Translations under genes and position numbers: made by a program
From: Bdellovibrio sp.
GTDB taxonomy: Bacteria; Bdellovibrionota; Bdellovibrionia; Bdellovibrionales; Bdellovibrionaceae
DNA length: 64,000 nucleotides
Direction of reading: 5' to 3'
Assembly (NCBI GenBank): GCA_036677065.1
Contig: JAKFBS010000004.1
Coordinates: 32,001 to 96,000, forward strand
Notes under the pieces: model-generated
What the model was told of the DNA's origin: nothing
Seen by the model: the letters and a program-made list of their open reading frames with translations, nothing else
Databases searched by the model: none
Shown here: positions 27,183-36,278 of the stretch, one piece after another
Numbering within the stretch: position 1 is the first letter of the stretch
How the letters are laid out: each line of letters begins with the position of its first letter

Positions 27183-28997
27183 ATGAAAAAACAAAGCCCA
27201 TTATCGATCGTATTAGCCGGTACTTTAGCTGTCTCATTTTTAGCTCCATTTTCTGCTAGGGCCCAAGTGGCTGCGGCTCAAGTTCAAGTAACTGGCGAAG
27301 GCCTTATTACCAGCGAATTGTTGGGTATTGAAATTCAGCAGTTTTCGAATCTTTTAGGTGTCGATGCTGAACTGGTTCAGGCCGTTTTTACAACTATTTC
27401 AATTGATACTAAATTAAAATTAAAAGAAATGGTCGCGATCTGGGCGTCGCAAGGTTTGTTGTTCAACCCAAGCTTACAATTAGGAATTGTTAAGACTGGT
27501 GATAAATCTGAAATTTTTGATGTGGCTGAAAAGGATCTTTCAAAAGTTGAAAACGACATTTTAGATTTATTGATCTCGCTTCATGGTGAGAGTAAATTGG
27601 TTCCGTTTATTTCTTCTTTAATCGAAATGTTAAAACAAGATCCAAAGTATGGTCCAACGGTAAGCGCAGTGACCCCAGATCAGAAATTAATGATCTTATC
27701 AATGTTAGATCAAACTATTTCTTCTACAGGTGCTTTGCGTAAATTTTCACCTCAGACCTGGACGCAATTATCTGAGCAGTTAGAAACTAAACTAAATCGC
27801 TTTGAGAAAAATCAAAAATCACAAACGAGACTTTCAAATCCGGTATTCTTAAAAGAATTGTATGATGCAGCTAATTCAAAGTATTACGCCACTCAGAATT
27901 CTAAATTATTAATTGATGGCCCTGCTTCATTTGTTTTACGTGATCAAAAAATGAGTGAAGCAAAACAAACTATCAATATGCTTACTTGGGCTGTAATCGA
28001 TGATAAAACGGGGCAAGAATTAGCTGATTTACTTATCGCTAAAGCTAAGAAAAATGTAAAAGTTCGTCTTATCGTAGATGGTCAGGTAAGTTATAAACCG
28101 CACTACACTCGTGAAGTTAAACGTATGGAAGAAAACGGCGTGCAGGTTATTCGCTGGATGAATCCAAAAGCTTCATTTATGGGTCAGCACCGTAAAATGT
28201 TAGTTATTGATGATAAGTTTGCAGTCATGGGCGGAATGAATCCAGGCGACACTTACAGCCATAAAGCCGGTGCAGGTAAAGACTTATGGCGCGACACCGA
28301 TGTGGCGTTCGAAGGAACAGCTGCAGAACAAGCACAACGTTTATTCATGAAAATCTGGAACAAACAAATTTCTGACCGCAAGCTACCACTTAAACAAATC
28401 ACAATTGTAAACCATTTTACAACGGGAACTAATGACGGAAAAGCGATGCTTGTAGAGCATCAACCCATGTCTGCAGGTGATCAGCATAATATTTTGTTAA
28501 CGATAATGAAATCAATCCGTGGTGCGGAAAAAACTGTGGATATCGAGAATGCATATGTTATTACGTTTCCGTCATTAACATATGAAATTAAAGAAGCCGT
28601 TGAGCGTGGTGTTAAAGTTAGAATTTTAACGAATTCAACAAACAGCGTCGATGAAAAAGTTGTGGCACTTCCAATCGTACGCAGTGCTAAAAAGCTTTTA
28701 GATGTAGGTGCAGAAGTTTACTTAAAAACAGGCAGCACATTACATTCTAAGTTTATGATTGTAGATCAACGTTTATTTTTAATCGGAAGTTATAACTTAC
28801 ACCCGAGATCTGAAAAGATGGAAGGTGAGACGATTGTTGTCTTTGATAATACAAAACTTGCGTTAGAGGCAACAGCTGCTTTTGAAAAGGATATTCAGGC
28901 CGACAAAGCCATTAAAATGGATCCTGCTCAAGAAGTTATTATTCCGGTAACGGGTGAAACACTTTTACCATTGCGTATGTTTTACGATCAGTTGTAA
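27183..28997 (+). CDS. Secreted phospholipase D / cardiolipin-synthase-like protein
   Basis: Signal peptide (ARA); two HKD motifs HRKMLVID and HSKFMIVD; WRDTD; GSYN. Confidence 0.92.
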   Translation: MKKQSPLSIVLAGTLAVSFLAPFSARAQVAAAQVQVTGEGLITSELLGIEIQQFSNLLGVDAELVQAVFTTISIDTKLKLKEMVAIWASQGLLFNPSLQLGIVKTGDKSEIFDVAEKDLSKVENDILDLLISLHGESKLVPFISSLIEMLKQDPKYGPTVSAVTPDQKLMILSMLDQTISSTGALRKFSPQTWTQLSEQLETKLNRFEKNQKSQTRLSNPVFLKELYDAANSKYYATQNSKLLIDGPASFVLRDQKMSEAKQTINMLTWAVIDDKTGQELADLLIAKAKKNVKVRLIVDGQVSYKPHYTREVKRMEENGVQVIRWMNPKASFMGQHRKMLVIDDKFAVMGGMNPGDTYSHKAGAGKDLWRDTDVAFEGTAAEQAQRLFMKIWNKQISDRKLPLKQITIVNHFTTGTNDGKAMLVEHQPMSAGDQHNILLTIMKSIRGAEKTVDIENAYVITFPSLTYEIKEAVERGVKVRILTNSTNSVDEKVVALPIVRSAKKLLDVGAEVYLKTGSTLHSKFMIVDQRLFLIGSYNLHPRSEKMEGETIVVFDNTKLALEATAAFEKDIQADKAIKMDPAQEVIIPVTGETLLPLRMFYDQL

Positions 28998-29011
28998 AAA
29001 AGGACATTGCT

Positions 29012-29743
29012 GTGAATGATGTTTTAGTTTTTTTAGCCATTTTAGCTTTCGGAACTTTTAAATACGGTACTCTGATGGGTATTCCGTACTACGTTTTTTG
29101 GAAAGTAAAACCAGCATGGTTAAATAATTTTAAAAAAATTCAAGTGCAAGAGCGGGCAAAACCGCAAGTCGCCTTAGAGATGAAATATTCAAGCTATACA
29201 CTAGTTATTCAGGCGATCTTTTTTTTCGGCATTTATAAATTGAACCAGCTTGGCTTTGTGCAGATCGTGGCTGAGCAGCCGTTATGGAAAGATTTAGTCG
29301 CGCTGGGCATTTACGTCTTGATCTATGATCCATTCTTTTATGTGCTTCATCACATCATGCATAGAAACAAGTGGTTATATCGTAATATTCACGTTGTGCA
29401 TCACCGCTCACTTAATCCAACACCTTGGGCGACCTATTCGTTTCATCCCATTGAAGCCGCTGCAAACTTGTTATATTTTATTCCGTTTTTCTTTTTAACG
29501 AGCGTGAGTGTGCCGATGCTTTTCTTTATTCTGATCGTGACTGACGCGGCAAATTTAGCTGGCCATTTAGGATATGAAGTTTTCTCAGAGAAAGTGCAAA
29601 ATAGCTGGTGGGGGCGTTGGATCACGACGCCGACACATCACAATATTCATCATCAGGTATCTAATTCGAATTTTGGCTTGTATTTCAATGGATGGGATCT
29701 TTGGTTCAAGACCCTGAATGCAAAAGATAAGCGTAAAACTTAG
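29012..29743 (+). CDS. Sterol desaturase / fatty acid hydroxylase family protein
   Basis: HHIMH, HVVHH, SFHPIE, GHLG, HHNIHH. Confidence 0.92.
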   Translation: MNDVLVFLAILAFGTFKYGTLMGIPYYVFWKVKPAWLNNFKKIQVQERAKPQVALEMKYSSYTLVIQAIFFFGIYKLNQLGFVQIVAEQPLWKDLVALGIYVLIYDPFFYVLHHIMHRNKWLYRNIHVVHHRSLNPTPWATYSFHPIEAAANLLYFIPFFFLTSVSVPMLFFILIVTDAANLAGHLGYEVFSEKVQNSWWGRWITTPTHHNIHHQVSNSNFGLYFNGWDLWFKTLNAKDKRKT

Positions 29744-29886
29744 TTAATATAAGTGATTAGGGTTTGGAAGCCCAACGTTGCTTTGGCCATCACTGTGTCT
29801 TGCTCTGCGGCAAGCTGTTTCACTAAGTAAACTACAGTAAATGCACCAACGTAAAATAAGAAGAGTCTTTTTCTAAATTCAATCAT
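29740..29886 (-). CDS. Possible 48-aa single-TM protein
   Basis: MIEFRKRLFLFYVGAFTVVYLVKQ...; TATCTT six nt before the ATG (leaderless layout); stop overlaps the desaturase stop. Confidence 0.45.
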   Translation of the reverse strand: MIEFRKRLFLFYVGAFTVVYLVKQLAAEQDTVMAKATLGFQTLITYIN

Positions 29887-29989
29887 GGAGCGAAGATACA
29901 GCATTTTTACCCATCGGGGAGAAAAATCTAAGGCTTGGTGAAAAGAATAAAAGGTTGTCAAAAATCTAGACAGGGCAGACAATACGTCT

Positions 29990-30667
29990 ATGTCATCAGT
30001 CGTTGAAATCAAGAATATATCAAAGAGTTATAAATTAGGTGAAACCCATGTGGACGCCATCAAGGATTTGTCTTTAGTTGTGACTAAAGGGGAGTTTACG
30101 GCGCTTATCGGGGCATCGGGATCGGGCAAAACTACGCTTTTAAATTTGATCGGTTGTTTAGACGGCGTAGATCGCGGTGACATTCTAATTGATGGCATGA
30201 ACGTGAAGCAACTTAATGAAAACCAAAAAAGCCAACTGCGTAATGAAAAAATTGGTTTTATTTTTCAATCGTTTAATTTAATTCCTGTGTTAAATATTTA
30301 TGAAAATGTTGAATTGCCATTAACTGTGCGTAAAGACATTCAAGCTGCAGAACGTAAAATAAAAGTTGAAGCGGCGCTAAAAGATGTAGGCCTTTTAGAA
30401 TTTGCACATCATCGTCCAGACCAATTATCTGGTGGGCAACGTCAGCGGGTGGCCATAGCCAGAGCCTTAGTGACATCACCGGCACTGATCTTAGCCGATG
30501 AGCCAACGGCAAATTTAGATTCAAAAACTGCCAATTTAATTATCGACTTAATGTTAGAATTAAATAAAACAAAACACGTAACTTTTTTCTTTTGCACCCA
30601 TGATGAAAAATTAATGAGCCGTGTTCAAAAAATTGTAAAAATTAAAGATGGTCAGATCGAAGCATGA
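29990..30667 (+). CDS. ABC transporter ATP-binding protein (LolD/MacB type)
   Basis: GASGSGKT, GFIFQSFNL, LSGGQRQRVAIARAL, ILADEPTANLD. Confidence 0.96.
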   Translation: MSSVVEIKNISKSYKLGETHVDAIKDLSLVVTKGEFTALIGASGSGKTTLLNLIGCLDGVDRGDILIDGMNVKQLNENQKSQLRNEKIGFIFQSFNLIPVLNIYENVELPLTVRKDIQAAERKIKVEAALKDVGLLEFAHHRPDQLSGGQRQRVAIARALVTSPALILADEPTANLDSKTANLIIDLMLELNKTKHVTFFFCTHDEKLMSRVQKIVKIKDGQIEA

Positions 30668-31983
30668 TTTGGAAATTTGCTTACAGAAATTTACTGCGCA
30701 ATAAACGCCGATCATTATCGACTGGCGTAGCTATTTGTGTAGGCTTTGTGGGATTAAACTTACTGGGTGCTTATATTTATCGTGCTAAGATGGCCTTAGA
30801 TACAACATCGATCTATTCAGCGCAAAAAGGTCATGTCAGCATTTATAAAAAAGATTCTATTGAACAGTATCAAATTAAACCTAAAAAATATATTTTTAGC
30901 ACCGAAGAACAAAACCAGGTCGAAAAAATCTTAGCAGAGTTCGGTCCGCAGGTTGAATATGTCGGAAAACAAATTTCAGTTCCGGGCTTACTTTCGAATG
31001 GAACTAAATCTCACCCGGTAGTTATTTATGGTTTTGATCCTGTGGCCTTTAAAAAATCTTTAACTCAACCAGCGTTATTGGAATGGGCTAAAGATTGGGT
31101 GCTGCCGTCACAGCTTGAAGATGCTGACTTATTTTTAAAAAATCCTGAAACACTTTCGATCACGCCAAAAATTGCTGAGCTTTTATCTTTTAAATATCCG
31201 TTAAAGAGCAATGAGGCAGTGCAAATTGCAGCGCGCACGTTAGACGGCGATTTAAACGCGATCAATGCTGAGCTTGGTGCAGAGCACACAACGGGCATGC
31301 AATTTCTTGAAGACACCATTGTTCTGATTCCAATTGCTAAGGTTCAGGAATTATTAGCTACGGATGCAGTAGAAACAATTTCGGTCTATTTAAAACACGA
31401 TGTTTCGCTAAATCGATTTATAGCTGAATTGAGAACTAAAATGTCAGCACTAGGTTTTGGCACTGATATCTATAGATTTGATGACCCAATCATTAATGCG
31501 ATTCATTCAGGATCGATGGGTTTTTTATACGTTATGGGCGGATTTTTTCTATTTTTGATCTGCACGGCGGTCAGCCTTACGATTATTAATTCTTTAACGA
31601 TGGGAATTATTGAACGCACGCGTGAAATTGGAACTTTGCGGGCGGTAGGATTTAAAAGTTTAGATGTCGTACAATTGTTTGTGCGCGAAAGTGTTTTGCT
31701 GTCAGTGATCAGCATGTTTTTTGGAGTGCTGATCTCGTTTTTAGTTTCGAGTGCGATTAACGCTGCAAATATTCGGTTTTTTCCACCCGGTGCCAGCACC
31801 ATGATTCAATTTGTATTAAAATGGAATTTGTATATTGCTGGATTTGTTTTTATTTTACTTTTTATTATCGCAACAGTTTCATCGTATTTTGTGATTAAGA
31901 GTAAATTACGAACGAAATTAATTGCGCTACTGAACGACACTTCAACTTTTGATGATGACAGCGAAGAAGAGGAATCCCCATGA
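30664..31983 (+). CDS. ABC permease (LolE/MacB/FtsX type)
   Basis: RNLLRNKRRS, large periplasmic loop, ERTREIGTLRAVG. Confidence 0.93.
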   Translation: MIWKFAYRNLLRNKRRSLSTGVAICVGFVGLNLLGAYIYRAKMALDTTSIYSAQKGHVSIYKKDSIEQYQIKPKKYIFSTEEQNQVEKILAEFGPQVEYVGKQISVPGLLSNGTKSHPVVIYGFDPVAFKKSLTQPALLEWAKDWVLPSQLEDADLFLKNPETLSITPKIAELLSFKYPLKSNEAVQIAARTLDGDLNAINAELGAEHTTGMQFLEDTIVLIPIAKVQELLATDAVETISVYLKHDVSLNRFIAELRTKMSALGFGTDIYRFDDPIINAIHSGSMGFLYVMGGFFLFLICTAVSLTIINSLTMGIIERTREIGTLRAVGFKSLDVVQLFVRESVLLSVISMFFGVLISFLVSSAINAANIRFFPPGASTMIQFVLKWNLYIAGFVFILLFIIATVSSYFVIKSKLRTKLIALLNDTSTFDDDSEEEESP

Positions 31984-32702
31984 AATTATTAATCTTATTA
32001 TTAGTTATCCCGTTTTATGCTAACGCTGATTTAGCCACTGACTTGTTAAAAGCTTCAGATCGCGCCCGTGGCAGCGTAAAAGATGGCGTTCAGTGGAATG
32101 CCGTGATCGAAACCCAAGAAAACGGTGAAAGCAGTACGCGCGAATTTAATATTAAAGCAAAAGGTGACGATGCTTATGTTGAATCGACAAAGCCTGCAAA
32201 AAACAAAGGCGAGATTTATATTTTTAATGATCGCAACATGTGGTTTTTTAAACCATCACTTAAAAAGCCTATTTCAATTTCAGCCCGCCAAAAATTAACA
32301 GGGCAAGCGGCTAACGGGGATATTGCTTCGACTCACTATGCACGTGATTACGCTGCAGTTATTGAAAAAACTGAGCTGTTAAATGGCGATAAAATGCACG
32401 TGTTATTATTAACAGCGAAATCTAAAAGTTTAACTTATGATAAAATCAGATACTGGATCAGTGATAAAACAAAATTAGCCATGAAGGCCGAATTTTTAAC
32501 TCTACAAGGTAAGCCTTTTAAAGTAGGACTATTAAAATACGGCAACACTTTAACTGCCGGTGGAGAGACTTTTCCGTTTATCAGCGAGCTAGTGATTGTG
32601 GATGCGAAGTTTGGCAATAACAAGAGCACTATTAATTACAAAACTCCTAAAGTGGTTCAGTTATCAAATTCGATTTTTAATGTGAATAACCTAACGAGAT
32701 AA
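31980..32702 (+). CDS. LolA-like outer-membrane lipoprotein-sorting protein
   Basis: Signal peptide; NMWFFKP...PISISARQKLTGQAANGDIA; YDKIRYWI. Confidence 0.85.
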   Translation: MKLLILLLVIPFYANADLATDLLKASDRARGSVKDGVQWNAVIETQENGESSTREFNIKAKGDDAYVESTKPAKNKGEIYIFNDRNMWFFKPSLKKPISISARQKLTGQAANGDIASTHYARDYAAVIEKTELLNGDKMHVLLLTAKSKSLTYDKIRYWISDKTKLAMKAEFLTLQGKPFKVGLLKYGNTLTAGGETFPFISELVIVDAKFGNNKSTINYKTPKVVQLSNSIFNVNNLTR

Positions 32703-32706
32703 TTTA

Positions 32707-34020
32707 ATGATTCTAAAGATCGCTCTTCGCAACACTATAAAAAACTGGCGCCATTCGATTTCGGCGTTATTAAGCTTATCGGCTTCGTTTGTGTCGTTAG
32801 TGCTGTTTGATGGTTATATGGACGATGTTAAAGCCATGTATATTGATAATTTTACCCACCGTCAGATGTTGGGCGATATTATTATTGAACACAAAGATCA
32901 GTATTCAAAAGAGGGCATTAGTTCTCCTTGGGAGTTTTGGATCAGTAAAGAAGATCAGATTTACATTCAGCAAAAAGTAACTGCTGAGCCGGTTAAGGCT
33001 GAAATCCTTATTCGCAATTTAAATTTTCAGGGAATGATCACCAATGGAGTTCAATCGCAGATTTTATTAGGGCGTGGTTATGATCCGGTTGAAGGTGAAA
33101 AAATGCGTGGTAAAAATTGGTCATGGAATGTGACCTATGGAACACCCCTGGATCGCCAAGAGAGTGCTTTCACCGGCGCCTTAGGGCAAGGCTTAGCCAG
33201 AAAACTTGCGTGCACCTGGACAAAAGATCCTAACGTTATGACCTTTTATGGTGGCTATGAACAAATTGATAGGCCATTTGATTGTCTGACAAAAGATTTA
33301 CAAATTTCATCAACAACAGTCGATGGTCAGTTAAATGCCATTGATATCACGGCGGTTGCACTTATGGATGCTGGATATAAAGACGTTGATGACCGTTATA
33401 TTCAGACCTCGCTTGAGGCGGCGCAAACATTAATGAACACCGATAAGGTAAGTTTTATTTCAATTTCAACGGCAGGCCGGTCTGTAGATGAAGCGATTGA
33501 TTACCTAAACACTGATGTTTTTAAAGATAAAAAATATTTACTAGCGCAGCGTTGGCAAAATCACCGACTAGGTGAGATGTACACAAAGACGATGGATTTT
33601 TTATCGATCTTCAGAAATTTTGTGGTCGTTGTGATTGTGCTGGTTTCAACTTTGTCAGTGTTAAATACCATGGTCAAGCTTGTGAAGGAACGTACGCGCG
33701 AAATCGGAACTATGCGAAGTATTGGTTTTTTACCACAGCAAGTGGTGAAGATGTTCTTTCTGGAAAGTGTGTTTTTATCAGTGATGGGAACAGCTGTCGG
33801 AGCTGTCATGGCGTTAGGGCTTACGTTCATTTTTAATTCAGTTAAAATTATGTATAAAGCGGGGCTTTTATCGGAGCCAGTGGCATTTCGAATTGCGTTT
33901 TATCCTGATGCTTATGTAGCTGCCTTTATTTTATTAGTATCTGTTGGAACAGTGGCTACGTATTTTGCTACAAGACAAATTATTAAAAGTAAGATTATTG
34001 ATAATTTAACGTATGTGTAA
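32707..34020 (+). CDS. Second ABC permease (LolE/MacB/FtsX type)
   Basis: ALRNTIKNWRHS; ERTREIGTMRSIGF; same 1+3 TM layout. Confidence 0.92.
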   Translation: MILKIALRNTIKNWRHSISALLSLSASFVSLVLFDGYMDDVKAMYIDNFTHRQMLGDIIIEHKDQYSKEGISSPWEFWISKEDQIYIQQKVTAEPVKAEILIRNLNFQGMITNGVQSQILLGRGYDPVEGEKMRGKNWSWNVTYGTPLDRQESAFTGALGQGLARKLACTWTKDPNVMTFYGGYEQIDRPFDCLTKDLQISSTTVDGQLNAIDITAVALMDAGYKDVDDRYIQTSLEAAQTLMNTDKVSFISISTAGRSVDEAIDYLNTDVFKDKKYLLAQRWQNHRLGEMYTKTMDFLSIFRNFVVVVIVLVSTLSVLNTMVKLVKERTREIGTMRSIGFLPQQVVKMFFLESVFLSVMGTAVGAVMALGLTFIFNSVKIMYKAGLLSEPVAFRIAFYPDAYVAAFILLVSVGTVATYFATRQIIKSKIIDNLTYV

Positions 34021-35263
34021 ATGGGTCATTATCTTATTATTGCAGCTTCCACTAATAGCGAGTGCGCAGAACTTTGAGTTTGCATTTAGTTATGAAGCCT
34101 ATTTATTTGGTGAACAGCGTGATTATGCAGATTCAGTTTTAAATCTGGGAAATGAAGTTTTAAAAGTGCCTGAAACAGCAGGGTTTTTGGATCAGCGCGC
34201 TGAATTTAAATGGTTAATCAATGATGCAAAAATTATTTTTCGTCCAAGAATAGTTTCTTACCAGCAAAATTATAAAACTGAACAGACATTAAAAGAAGAA
34301 ACACAAAGTGACGCGGATATTAATTTAACCGATGCATTTTACGAACAGTACATCACGGACCGCATTTTTACGACGGTGGGTTTGCAAGTTTACCAATGGG
34401 GTCCAGCAGAAGTTTTAAACCCCTCAAATCCATTCTTTCATTTTAATACAAATCAACGAAGCATTGTGTATAAAGAAAAAGGTAAAGCGCTGGTGCGATT
34501 AAACTGGAATGCCAAAGCTGATAACAACTTTGTTTTTATGGTTGAACCTGTTGCAAATAATGAAACCCACTGGATAGCTGAAGAAAAATTTAAACCGCAG
34601 GTTGCAGCAAAATTTGAAATGGCATGGACAGGTACGAGAAATTTCTTAGGCTTTGTGGCAGGAATTCCTGATAATGCCGATTTTTTTATCGGTGAGTACT
34701 TTCAATATGAATTTATTGAGGGTTTCAGTATTTACGCTGACGCTAAACACAGTGTGAATGCTTTTTTCTATGAACCGCAAACACAAGGTCTGTTTCAGCG
34801 CATGTTACCGCGCAATCAAGATGGGTCTGTAAGCACATTAGCGGTGGGTGGGCTTCGCTATGAAGATACTTTTGATGCGCGCTTAGAGTATATTTATAAT
34901 TCAGCAGGATATGATCAGATGACTTTTGATAGTGCGCTGATTGGTAATTCGCAGATTTCTCCGTTTCTAATTGAAAACATTAAACGCTTTCAGTTATCTG
35001 GATTAGAGTTGTTAAGTCAGAACTACGTCTATTTCTCAGTGAGAAAAACGGATCCCTTTGGTATTAAAGATTTGAGTTTGTTTTTTAGATCTTTGACATC
35101 GCTAATGGATAGTTCTGGCGTTGAGCAATTTGAATTTGATAAATCAGTCTTAGATTGGGCAAATATCTTTGGCCAATATTCTGTCTATCGCGGCGAGCAA
35201 GATAGTGAATTTAAATTAGTCGATGATTGGAAAGCTTCAATCGGTGCTAAATTCATTTATTAA
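34013..35263 (+). CDS. Putative outer-membrane beta-barrel protein
   Basis: Signal peptide, amphipathic strands, GLQVYQWG...NPSNPF, aromatic C-terminus IGAKFIY. Confidence 0.75.
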   Translation: MCKWVIILLLQLPLIASAQNFEFAFSYEAYLFGEQRDYADSVLNLGNEVLKVPETAGFLDQRAEFKWLINDAKIIFRPRIVSYQQNYKTEQTLKEETQSDADINLTDAFYEQYITDRIFTTVGLQVYQWGPAEVLNPSNPFFHFNTNQRSIVYKEKGKALVRLNWNAKADNNFVFMVEPVANNETHWIAEEKFKPQVAAKFEMAWTGTRNFLGFVAGIPDNADFFIGEYFQYEFIEGFSIYADAKHSVNAFFYEPQTQGLFQRMLPRNQDGSVSTLAVGGLRYEDTFDARLEYIYNSAGYDQMTFDSALIGNSQISPFLIENIKRFQLSGLELLSQNYVYFSVRKTDPFGIKDLSLFFRSLTSLMDSSGVEQFEFDKSVLDWANIFGQYSVYRGEQDSEFKLVDDWKASIGAKFIY

Positions 35264-35388
35264 TTCTTATTTCGTTAAAACAAATGACGCATTAAAATTG
35301 CTCGGGGTTTCGGTTTACATTGTAAACCCAAAACATGAGCGTCGAAAAATAGGCACAGCTAGCGAGTGATCTCTTAATCAGTAATTGG

Positions 35389-36171
35389 CTAGTTGTGCGA
35401 GTTCGAAATAATCTTATCGACGATTTCACAAAATCCGTGGCCTGATTCAGAAGGTGAAACATAACTTGGCAAGTGCTTCATCTGTGATGAAAAATTGCGA
35501 ATGTTCGCTACGCCAAACGTGTGACGAAAACTTTCAAACAATGGTTCATCATTGGGTGAATCACCGACATAAGCACATTGTTCTAAAATTTGAGCTTCAG
35601 TTAAGCCGAATTCTTTTTGTAATAAAAGTTTTGCGGTAGTGACCTTATTAAAATTACCAAACCAGCCGTTCACATGAATTGAACTTACTTTTGCGGTGGC
35701 ACCATGAGCGTGAAATACATCGACGATTTGTTTTATTTCGCTATCTGTTAGGCGAGGAATGTCTTCGCAGAAATCTATGGCTAGATCGTAAATGCGACAA
35801 AATTGATCTGCTGAAATTGCAGCATTGGGAATTTTCTGTTTAATTTCGGCTGCAATGATTTGCAATTTTTTTTGATTTTCGCTTAAAGTTTTTTCATCGG
35901 AAAAATTCCAGCGCTGCATTTTTTTGTCGTGATAACGATAATACAGGCCGCCATTTTCACCGATCACTGCATCAATTGGCCAAAAGCGGGCGATCATGTC
36001 GCACCAACCAGCCGGACGTCCAGTCACAGGGATCACGGTGATACCATGCTGCTTCAATTTGCTTATTGCAGAGTAAGATTCGCTGCTCAACTGGCCATTC
36101 GTCGTGATCGTGTCGTCGATGTCGGTAAGCAAAAATTTGATTTTATGCGCGAACTCAGCAAGGGGCTTCAT
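35389..36171 (-). CDS. HAD-IIB family hydrolase
   Basis: DIDDT, TGR, K, GDSPND. Confidence 0.92.
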   Translation of the reverse strand: MKPLAEFAHKIKFLLTDIDDTITTNGQLSSESYSAISKLKQHGITVIPVTGRPAGWCDMIARFWPIDAVIGENGGLYYRYHDKKMQRWNFSDEKTLSENQKKLQIIAAEIKQKIPNAAISADQFCRIYDLAIDFCEDIPRLTDSEIKQIVDVFHAHGATAKVSSIHVNGWFGNFNKVTTAKLLLQKEFGLTEAQILEQCAYVGDSPNDEPLFESFRHTFGVANIRNFSSQMKHLPSYVSPSESGHGFCEIVDKIISNSHN

Positions 36172-36278
36172 TGGTATCCTTCTGCCGGAGGCGGAGCTCA
36201 GACAAAGAAAGCAGTTGTTTTTTATATGTAGTCACTACATATAATATAGACACTCTATCATAAAGGATACAACACACA

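Noticed and set aside
35303..35340. Palindrome GGTTTACA-T-TGTAAACC after the OM barrel gene
   Set aside because: Lies between convergent genes; most simply a terminator-like stem, not enough support for more.
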